22,033 bases of DNA from Oopsacas minuta (Eukaryota; Animalia; Porifera), in assembly GCA_024704765.1 (NCBI GenBank), contig JAKMXF010000098.1, positions 2,682-24,714 on the forward strand, read 5' to 3'. Both the position numbers and the translations under genes were made by a program. Positions 10,955 to 20,324 of this stretch are shown in pieces; the stretch's first letter is position 1, and the number at the start of each line of letters is the position of its first letter. The notes beneath the pieces were generated by a model. The model did no database searches, had not been told where the DNA came from, and was given only the letters and a program-made list of their open reading frames with translations.

Positions 10955-11599
10955 ATGGAAGTTAATGGCGGGCACCTAGAACATATGCTATAAGTTGGGT
11001 ATTTCAGTAATTTCAACCTTTTCCCTTAGTTATATTGTTAAAAGTAGTATATTTATACTAGTTATCAATGGTATATCTAAATACATAGAATCGTCTGAAA
11101 TATGGCTCCATGATTTTGGGCCTGTTTTTTGAAACACTTGGTACTAATGTATTTTCGACACAGTAAAAGTAGAATTGACGTTACAAGTTATAATAGCAAG
11201 ATTATCATATGATTTTCCATTCGATGCATTCATTGATAAAATAATTATTAATACTAACCGGTGTAAGTTAATCATTAGGGAATATTGAACTATTACGTTG
11301 CAAGTGTAATAATATGATTAATCATCTGGCAAAGAAATAAATTGAGTGTATACACTAAATATTATGTAGTTACCAATCATGTAATACAAATACTTTGCGG
11401 TGCTAATAAGTTGACATGAACTCCACGGGTCTTTACCAGAACTAATTTATGCAATTATGCCTAATTGCAAAACCCTACAATCTGATTGGCCTAAATACAG
11501 GAGTGTCATTAGGTGTGGAAATACATACATTAGAAAACTTTCAAATGTCAGGTACACGACTCGATATCATCTCGACAAAAGCCCAGTGATATCATTTTG

Positions 11600-12487
11600 C
11601 GCAGGCCTCACATGTCACTCAGTATTCCTTCTTCCGTCTACTAGGGATGGGACACCTGCAGAGTTGGCACTGTTCACATACTGAGTCAGATTCGTCGCCA
11701 CTGCTAACCACTTCAGAGCTAAAACATCCCGACTCATGGATCTCCTTGTCCCTCCTTCGCCTGGACTGTTCAGCCAAAAGAGTGGAGATGGGATTTGGTA
11801 ACGTCCTCTCTTTTGGGTTTCTTTGATACGCCGAAACCTAGCCAAATTCCTCTCATGGTCTCGCGTACTCAAATATTTCATGATAGAATAGCTGGTACAT
11901 ATACCTAATACTTGTAAGATCGTAGAGATTAAAGGCAACCTTCATTAAAAAAAGCACTACAAACGCAGTGCTGGCTCTTAAGGACTTAGATCCAATATGC
12001 TCGGATTTGCGTGCATTGTGCCATATCATATTATGGGGCGATTCATTGGCATTTTGCTCAGTGTGATGTTTCTGCAAAACTCGATTGACCAGAATATCTG
12101 GACGACTTTATATGTTCTTATTGTTTCTGCAGGTGTCAAGTAGGATAAACGTACTTCTCGGAGAGGCTGTGACTCTTCAGAGTTATGGAGGGCGAGTTTC
12201 TTTTGGTAATAAACACAAAGCACCTTCTAAAGATGGGCACATGTTATGTTTCTCATCCAAGTGGCAAGGTAGAGTTTGAAGGGAATTGTGGATGTCTAAT
12301 GCAGGCAAGCCTCTATTCTGTATAACAGCAAGAGCATGAAGGCGAGCAATTCTGTCTGTTTTCCTAGCTGTAATTCACTTATGTGTTCTCTATTTTTCAT
12401 TAGACATTTCTTCACTCGCTTGTGCACGAGGCCCAAGCACTCTTCCTTTTGTACAATGAGTTCACCATTGTATGGATCTGAAGTTAC
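11600..12487 (-). pseudogene. C-terminal fragment of a Kolobok-type ('Mutator-like' Pfam-type) DDE transposase
   Basis: DPYNGELIVQKEECLGLVHKRV (cf. PY..V.KEEC.GHVQKR); ALAVIQN...HNMCP...C.YYQKKLA; TEQNANESPHNMIWHNARK (cf. TQNANES.N..IW...PK); basic C-terminal tail. Cut at TA 12488-12489. Boundaries approximate. Confidence 0.75.
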
Positions 12488-12489
12488 TA

Positions 12490-13821
12490 CAGGGTGTCTC
12501 AAAAGTATTTTCCTTTTATGAATACCACTATAATATAGAATTTCTTAGGTAGATTCATCTAATTATTTGCCTATATATTCACTAAGTTTAATGCATGAAT
12601 TAATTCGACTTGGCATCCCATCAACTAAATTCTCAAGTATCGACGGGCTAATCTCATTCCATATATTTAACAAATATTTTGCGAGCTGTGTTAAGTTTGT
12701 AGCGGGCTTTCTCTTGTCTAGTTCTCCTTGCATAATAGACAAAAGATTTTGATGGGATTTAAATCTGGGGAGTTACTAGGCCAAACACCTTTCTCCCAAA
12801 GCCATGTAGATGCTCTGAAAGCCAATTCTGGGTCCCTATGGCTGTATGGACAGGGGAGCCATCCTGCATGAAAATTGTCTCGGACATCTTTCGACACATT
12901 TTCCTTTGTGTGAGAGGACTCTAGTCTTTCTACGCTTAAAGGTAGGAGACAACACTTCTCCAGGATTTCATTAATATAGTAGTCAGTATTCACTGAGCGT
13001 TTTGGGGGGATGAAGTGTAATTCTGATAGCCCTGACCGGCTCATCATTCCCCAGACCATCATTTCGGGGGGTTTTGACTGATTCAACTGGGGTAATGTTG
13101 TGCGAATTAATGTCGCAAACACGATCATTCTGCCTATTAGACGGATGGAAAAGCTCAAAAGGGCTTTCATCATTAAAAAGAACTCTTTCCCAAGCACGAC
13201 CAGTCAATGTTATGTGTTCCTGACAGAATTCTAGCCTCTCTACCTTTTGTTTTTAGGACAATTTCGGGTATGAGGGTCTTGTATAGGCTTTCGCTTTGAT
13301 TGTGTCGCGTAAATAACGGCGAATTGTGTCTTTACTAACGGCCACCGACTTAGACGGGATATATTTCGCAAGATATTGGCTTGAATTGTAGCGTTTCGCG
13401 ATTGGTTTTGAATTATAATTTTCTGAATACGGGAAATCTTCGTCGGACGCCCGGACCCGGGCTTGTCATCAAGCAATTATCCAGCTCTATGCCTTTACAC
13501 CAGTTCCGAACTATCCGAATTGTTTTCCAAGAGTATTGGCGATTGTTTCCTGTGTTGAACCCGTTTCAATCATGCCAGTCGACCGCTCACGATTAGCAAA
13601 TCTCGGTTTCATGCCATCCATATATGAAATTTGTGAGGGTTGGGAAAAAATATCGTAAATATAAACAGATTATCAAATAAGGAAAAGAAGTATTCATTAT
13701 TGTATTGGACTAGCATAGACTAATAATAATCTGAAAAATGGTCGGTTAGTAAACAATACTGTTCGATTTATAACCACTTCAATCGAAGTACTGAGGATGA
13801 AAAAACTTTTGAGACGCCCTG
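12490..13821 (-). mobile_element. Second DD37E Tc1-like element, full length (1332 bp), defective
   Basis: TIR CAGGGTGTCTCAAAAGTATTTTC at 12490 versus CAGGGCGTCTCAAAAGTTTTTTC on the reverse strand from 13821 (2 mismatches in 23). TA on both flanks. Confidence 0.92.
12563..13621 (-). pseudogene. Disrupted DD37E transposase
   Basis: DDKPGSGRPTKIS; VLFNDESPFELFHPSNRQNDR; MMVWGMMSRSGLSELHFIPPK; FMQDGSPVHTA...WPSNSPDLNPIK (37 spacing after repairing a 1-bp deletion; catalytic E now K); EYIGK*. Confidence 0.88.
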
Positions 13822-13823
13822 TA

Positions 13824-14589
13824 GGACAAGGGTAGACAAGTCCAGGGGCCTCCGAAAGTTCCGGAGAAGAGTTAAGAATATTATCAATTATAAGCATATA
13901 AAGTGAGAAATAGTTTATATATCGTGCCCTTCGCTATTCCCAGTTTACCATGGTTATTAAGTATATATATTATAGTGTGTTTCATTCTTTTATTAGTTTA
14001 ATTTCATCTCGATATGAAACGTACTTTTGAATCAGGACATACGAAGCCGGAAAAGAAGAAGTCCAGGGATGCTGCAGCAGTAAGCAACACTCATTCCAGT
14101 ATTCAATTTATGACTCCCAGTCTCAGTGTATCTCAGGAAATGCCGAGTGAAAATAGTATTGAATTGATATGAACCAAACTTCTGGATTGCTAGATGAAGA
14201 AATAACTATTACTAAAGATACAATGGCAGATGAAATTGAGGAACAAGATATTGATGAGAATATCCCTGCTACACAAAATGATGTAAAAAATTTAAGTTAG
14301 TTTGGATTGTGAGTATCTCACTGATCGTTCTTATTTCCCATCTATAATAGCTTCAATAGTTTTGGAAGGAGAAATTCTGGTCTACGGAGGTTGTCGCCCA
14401 ACTAAACCTTTTCCAGAATTTGAGAAAGACGACGTCCTGTTTTTATCGCTAAACATTACAATATAATTTCGAAAGGAGGGATGATAATTACTAGAGATTG
14501 GCTCTGCTATTATCCCAATTTAAAATGACCTTATTTTCAATCATGCTGGCTTTCCGCTGATCGCTCAAACGCTCGTCTCCAATGGAGTT
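13824..14589 (+). mobile_element. 5' fragment of a hAT element (ZMYM1-like/Tip100-type, TTF zinc finger)
   Basis: ATG at 14014 MKRTFESGHTK; later HYNIISKGGMIITRDWLCYYPNLK*PYFQSCWL.ADR, matching the TTF-type finger pattern. GC-rich subterminal-like GGACAAGGG...CCAGGGGCC at 13824-13850. Confidence 0.65.
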
Positions 14590-14820
14590 GGACTAATGCA
14601 ATCTGGTATACAGAGAGTTGTTTGCCTCTAGTCAGAAAAGCAATAAATTTAGTGTCCTGGCATAGGATTAAGGGAAACTTTTTGGAGCATGATAATGCTA
14701 GTTCCCATATATCAAAAATGATAAGACAATTCATTGAAGAATCAGGGATGCATATTTGTCACACGCTCCTTATTCTCCAGATCTAGCGCCCTGCCACTTC
14801 TGGCTCTTTGCTAGAAAAAA
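14590..14820 (+). pseudogene. mariner (DD34D) transposase internal fragment
   Basis: TNAIWYTESCLPLVRKAI...FLEHDNASSHISK...HAPYSPDLAPCHFWLF. 34 spacing after a frameshift repair; third D now H. Confidence 0.8.
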
Positions 14821-16026
14821 ATACTTCAAAATGTATATGTGAGCGTGGCGAGGTTAGTGGGTTACCAAGGGTAGCTGAAAGCCCAAGTTACTATCAGCAA
14901 ACACAGTAACCCCTCATACAAGTAGGAAACAGTAGGTTTGGTTAGGCAAAATGTGCCATGCCCCAACCAATAATTTTGCGCTCTCCATACAGACTAATAG
15001 AGAATAATTTCATGTCCCTATCAATCCTGTCAACATGGCTTCGAGGCCCTCTACCAATCCATATCTCGAGTCTATGCCCCTGTTTCTGGATTACTAGGTT
15101 TGCTACCTACCAATCACGTTTACCACTCGGTCACGCAATCTCCAATAATTTCCTTTGATTTTACCTGCCCTGTTTCCAAGAAATGCATGTTGAGATGTGA
15201 AATACAAGGCATGTGTGCCTTACAGTTTACATGGTTTTATCCTGGATCCTTTGAGGCCGAATATTCAGGTATAGTTTGATAGCAAGGAGACAGTGTATAC
15301 TTGAGTTCCTTCAAAATATATCTATACAGTACATAGTTTATACTTTCTCGGGGCCTTTCTAGCGTTACGTTAACTTAAATTTCCCGAAAATTAGTTTATG
15401 TGTCCTAGCGGGACGAAACACCACTATAATATGTATATTTTCAAAGGTATATTTTACGAATCCTTAACTTCAATTATCTCAAAACTATGTTTTTCGCCAT
15501 ATGGTCTGGTTACTTTTGAAGAAAGACTGATTCTTAAGCTCTAAAATTCAGGGAAAGTATTTATACAATGTTATGCCGCAACTAGAGGCCATTTTTGGAA
15601 TAAATGAACGAATATTCCACTGATATGAAACCCTGAGCCTTGCGGACTCCCGTTGTAGCCTATTTTTTGCCGAACTCCCAAATTAAACGTTAATATCTCT
15701 TACTGGGTAGGTACCCAGGCCTAATTGTGGTCCAGAAAATAGAACTACATATTGTTAGCTATATTTCAATTTATAGGTCTCAGGCAATAGACCTTCTTCA
15801 AAAGAAATTTGGTGATATGTCCGGAACATTAATGTTACGTCTATGGGAGGACTTTGCCCCCTTTTCATGCCCAATTCGTAACACAAATTAGATGCATCGG
15901 GATTTATGATTATTATCTCTTAGATTGGCTATTCGTGGGATCTAGTAAAACATTAAACGAGTAGAATGGCATATACTTTAGAAAATAGCCCCTATCATAA
16001 TAGAAATTTCGCGGCAAGACCCCTTT

Positions 16027-17097
16027 AATGACATATGCAAGCAAGTCATAGCAGAAATTCTAATTACTCCTTTTGGCTTATTCAGCTTACGAATGGATGA
16101 GAATACTGATGTGGAAGATTGCGCTCAACTTATGGCCTTTGCTCGTTATGTAAGAGATGGCCATTTAAAAGAATACTTTCTCTTTTGCAAATCACTTGAA
16201 ACAATCACAAAAACAATAGATGTCTTTGAAAAGGTTCAAGTCTTTTTTGAAATGCATGGAAATCAATGGAGAAATTTATGCAGCGTATGCACAAATGGGA
16301 CACCTTCAATGCTTGGTTCTAAATCCGGTTTTCAAACATTAGTCAAGGATAGGTCACCTGCAGTTACTGGAACAAATTGTATGATTCACAGGCAAATGTT
16401 GGCCACAAAGGCACTACCTGATATACTATAATGCATCCTCGAGAATGTAGACAAGGGAGTAAATTGGATTAAAAGGACAGCGCTGAATAACCAGCTATTT
16501 CAATAACTTTGTCAAAAAGTGGGAGCAGAATACGAAGTATTGCTATATCATACTGATGTTCGATGGCTATCAAAGGGGAAAGTGTTGAAGCGTGTACTTG
16601 ACCTGATAGCAGAAATGTGTAAGTTTTTCAGTAAGATGAGTCAAAATGAGTTCCAACGTATATTAAAGAACCAGAATCTATTTGCACTGGCTTATTTAGT
16701 TGAGATTTTGAATTGTTTTAACCAACCCACTCTCAATCTTCAGGGCGTGATGTTTCAGTTTTAGAGTTGGTTGAGAAGTTCTCAGCTTTCATAATGAAAA
16801 TGCAACTTTGGTCTTGTAAATTGAAAGATAACAAGATACTTCATGCTTCCCAATCTCTCCAAAATAATCGAAACTGCCGGGTTTGAATTGAACAACGTAC
16901 CCATAAATGCAATTATCAAACATTTAGCAATTTCATGCGAAGAAGTTTTCTCGCTATTTCCCACAACTATCAACTGAATCATTTACACTCGTTAGGGATC
17001 CATTTGAAATGAATGCTGGAGATGTGTGTGAGATATTTCAAGAGGAATTTTTTGAGATGTTAAACGATAGTGAGCAAAGAACCGATATCAAACAATA
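16027..17097 (+). pseudogene. Internal fragment of a hAT Buster/Charlie-type (ZBED8/SCAND3-like) transposase
   Basis: FSLRMDENTDVEDCAQL; SVCTNGTPSMLG; NCMIHRQMLA (CxxH); LLYHTDVRWLSKGKVL; LVRDPF...QEEFFEM. Stops and frameshifts; no termini seen. Confidence 0.88.
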
Positions 17098-18061
17098 GCC
17101 TTAACTTAAGCGAGGACAATTCGCTATCTTGCCTGCTTTCTGCATTTCTAAGACAATAGTCGGAGTTAGAGTTTGGAGATTGTTGGCTTTTTCTTGCCCT
17201 CTCTTGAAGCCATACCAAGTCATGGTCACCTGTATGTGCCATTGAGCATCTTTCATAATCCTGCAGGTTTGAAGATCATGGTTTGAGAAAGATAGAAATA
17301 AAACAGTGGTGGGGTGATGGTCAAGCATTTGGTCGTTGGGATGCTCTTCAGGTACAGGTGGATGTGGAGCACATTTGTCATCCTACAGAGGTCCTTTTAG
17401 TTCTTGTGCGCAGTTTTAACAGATAATTTGTGTCATTCGGGACCCGTATTATCCCTGGTAAGAGGGTGTTGAGTACTGATGGTTTAGAGGAGAGTTTTAA
17501 GCCTCTAAGATCTTTGATTTCGGTCTTAGTAAAGATGTCGTTCTGATTGAGAATCCGATAGAGTGCAATCTTAATAGTAGTGAAGTTTCATCCAGATCAT
17601 TGGTTAGTCCTTTCCATGAAGTTATTATTAGTCTGAGAATTACCCTGGAAATTTGAGGAATTGCTTGAAAATATAACTTTCACTCGTAATGAGACATCAT
17701 CATGCTCATTCAATGGGTTAGATCCTAGAGCAGTTTTGCAGTTATGGGATGATCTTTTGCATGAATATCCTTCGCTTATAGTACACTACTTACCGACAAA
17801 CTGTTCGAGTCATTTGGGAGAAGATGTGATGTATTTCTAGGTTACAGATATGGTAACTGTCTGTGCCAAATTTATCTTTAGGAGTAATTGCACTTATGAT
17901 AACCTTAAGTATTTATGGGACATTTCCATTTCTTTATTGGAATTTGTTCTGTTATTCTTACATGAAATATGCTGAGTCAAGTTTTGTGGACTTATCTACG
18001 ATTCGAATAATGTCTAAGAACTATTCATTTCGTCCGAAATATTAATGTGGATTAGTATCTG

Positions 18062-18700
18062 GTGAATATGAATATTCAAAATTTTCATTTAGTCCATTCA
18101 CCATCGATTTTATCCATAGATATACGTCGTTATTTTCTGGATAGGAAATTTCCTATAGGTAGGGGCAAAATCGACTGTGTGAATAAAATATTCATTAAAT
18201 TGGATAAGAATAACTGGAGACTGTTGTCGTCCAATTTAATGAATATTTTATCTGCAAAGTCTATTTTGCCACTATGCCGGATTATTCGAGGTTATAGGAG
18301 GAATGACAACCTAGAGGAACCTGTAAATGGTGTCCGAGACAGGTCTCCCCATATTGCCCCTCAGAAGCCTCCTCGCGTTGTTCCCAAGAAATTCAAGAAA
18401 AGTCCCAAGAAGAATATATTCAAACACAATCCAGTAATAACATCGATCACTTCTCTTCCACATTCCTCTTCCTCTGCCCCAGTTTCTGATTTCGACTCTA
18501 GTTGTAGTGAAGGCTTCCTTCCAGGGTCCCGACAGTTTGAACACCCAAATGATGATGTAATTGTTCATACTAGAACATCCAGTTTAGTATCTCAGTTCGG
18601 TATTACACCTTTGCAACCCAGCTTTGAATTTGTACGGATACTTGACAAGAATTGTTGGAATTGTCCACTAAGAATACATTCCTCACTGACACACGTATGA
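18062..18700 (+). CDS. Hypothetical 212-aa ORF (K/P-rich then S-rich), function unknown
   Basis: Longest ORF in the track, no recognisable domain. Lies just upstream of the Ulp1-PHD remnant on the same strand and overlaps a long hairpin. Confidence 0.3.
   Translation: MNMNIQNFHLVHSPSILSIDIRRYFLDRKFPIGRGKIDCVNKIFIKLDKNNWRLLSSNLMNILSAKSILPLCRIIRGYRRNDNLEEPVNGVRDRSPHIAPQKPPRVVPKKFKKSPKKNIFKHNPVITSITSLPHSSSSAPVSDFDSSCSEGFLPGSRQFEHPNDDVIVHTRTSSLVSQFGITPLQPSFEFVRILDKNCWNCPLRIHSSLTHV
18164..18270. repeat. Long inverted repeat / hairpin: 41-bp stem, 25-nt spacer
   Basis: Arms 18164-18204 and 18230-18270 pair at 36/41 Watson-Crick. The inner 22 bp (ATAAAATATTCATTAAATTGGA / TCCAATTTAATGAATATTTTAT) are perfect. 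Confidence 0.93.
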
Positions 18701-18764
18701 ACACCTTTTTTGAAAGTTAATGTGATAAATACAAGTTAATTGCCTTCAATTATTCATATTCATA

Positions 18765-19460
18765 GGACTCCTGAAGGATGCGTATCTTCATGTGCAGGAC
18801 ATAATTCTCTCTAAGGTATTAAATAGGTACCATCCTCACTTTGTACGAGTTTGGTAATTATTTCAATGTTTTTCCTTTAGAACAGACAGTTTGTCAGAGA
18901 TCCTCTCCCCAGGATGCAAATTCACCATGACGGAGGACTCCATTGGGTATGCTCCAGTGTTGATGTTGAAGGCAATGTAAGGGTGTATGATTCCCTGGCG
19001 ACTGGTAGAACGAGTCAGGAGCTGGAAATACAACTGGCTCTGCTATATATACATAGTGCTTGTAAGTTGACAGTAGCATTTGCCCCTATTCAACAATACA
19101 GAGGCGGTGCGGACTGCGGATTCTTCGCGGCAGCAGTTTTCTTGCAATAGCAAACGATAATGATTCACAACATATTCCCTGGAAACAAAATAGAATGAGA
19201 TCGCACCTCAGTGATTGCTTCAAAACTGATACTTTGAAACTATTCCCAGCTACAAGAAAGCGAGCAGTTAGTGACTAAGATACTCACCTCTACCAGGTCA
19301 GAATTTAAGATTGTGCTGTGGTGTCTCTGTACCTTTCAGAATTTGCCTCGAGTAACATGATTGAGTGTTCAAAATGTCACCAATGATTTCATAAACCATG
19401 TTTAGGACTAGTCGACGATAACAATGTGCTGTATGTTTTTCCTGATCTCAATGCAGTCCT
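18765..19460 (+). pseudogene. Decayed Ulp1/C48-like cysteine protease followed by a PHD-type finger (probably TE cargo)
   Basis: QIHHDGGLHWVC (His), VRVYDSL (Asp), QQYRGGADCGFFA (Cys); downstream WKQNRMRSHLSDCF...LFP; then MIECSKCHQ*FHKPCL. Frameshifts and stops; boundaries approximate. Confidence 0.75.
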
Positions 19461-19809
19461 CATAGATCTTCATTACCATAATATGTCATATATCGGTATG
19501 TACTCATTATCCCATTTAGTAAGCACACACATACACATTAATGCAATTATGATGCCTTTGATGTCTATATACTCCCAAAATAATCACTACCTGTATGAAC
19601 AGGGGCACTAAATATATACTAATCACTGTATATTTGAGTGAAATAGCAGTTCTAAGCTAGTATTTCTCAGTGCAATTTTATAGAAACATATTCCAACTTT
19701 CTAACTAAACTTAAAGAGAGTTGATCATTTAATTATTTCCGATGTTTCAATTATTTTTTAGAAACCTACATTTTCTCCTTTACATTTTTCATTGCTTCTT
19801 GTCCAAAAT

Positions 19810-20320
19810 TTTCGGGACTTGAACAACGAAGATACCTCAAATTTCGCACCATTCTCTAAATCCCTCCAAAGTCTATTCATGACGAGTTGGCAACGATATG
19901 TGGAGAAGATATTTTATCGTATCCAACTGTCAGAAGGTGGGTGAGCCTATTTAGGGAAGGTAAGACATTTGTCCAAGACGCCGCGCGTCCTGGAGCACCA
20001 AGCTGACGATCAACAATAACAAAGTGAGTGAAGTAAAGGAATATATCGAGTGTTTTCCACATTTTTCGGTTGAGGAGGTAGCTAACTATGTTGGCACTTC
20101 AACGAGAAGTGCACATACAATTCTGAAGGCGGATTTAGAACTGAGGAAGGTTTAATTGCTTAACTTTTCCACAAAAAGCCCCGAGACTCCAAATGGCTTA
20201 TGAAAACCTTAAAATTTATGAGCGAGGTGACTCTAGGCGGTTATTAGAGATAGTGACAGGAGGTGAAACGGATACAACTCAATCCACAGATCAGAAAGCA
20301 AGATGGCAGGGTATCTGCAC
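19810..20320 (+). pseudogene. mariner transposase N-terminal fragment (HTH to first catalytic D)
   Basis: EQRRYLKFRTIL*IPPKSIHDEL...SYPTVRRWVSLFREG...QDAARPGAP; second HTH SVEEVANYVG; LLEIVTGGET (cf. IVTGDET). Confidence 0.85.
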
Positions 20321-20324
20321 CCCC

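Noticed and set aside
348-13821. Bacterial IS630/IS1595 elements or contamination
   Set aside because: TIR style, HTH types, and co-occurring hAT, Kolobok-type and PHD sequences are eukaryotic, and there is no operon-like gene density.
17101-17260. Gypsy integrase HHCC zinc finger (MAHTG...ERARK...YCLRNAESRQ)
   Set aside because: The resemblance is loose, the conserved Cys pair and Trp are missing, and no RT, RNase H or rve motifs lie nearby.
18815-18880. Short GT...TTTTTCCTTTAG intron upstream of the Ulp1 core
   Set aside because: Frameshift decay explains the region equally well, and splicing would remove sequence usually coding in this domain. Needs RNA-seq.
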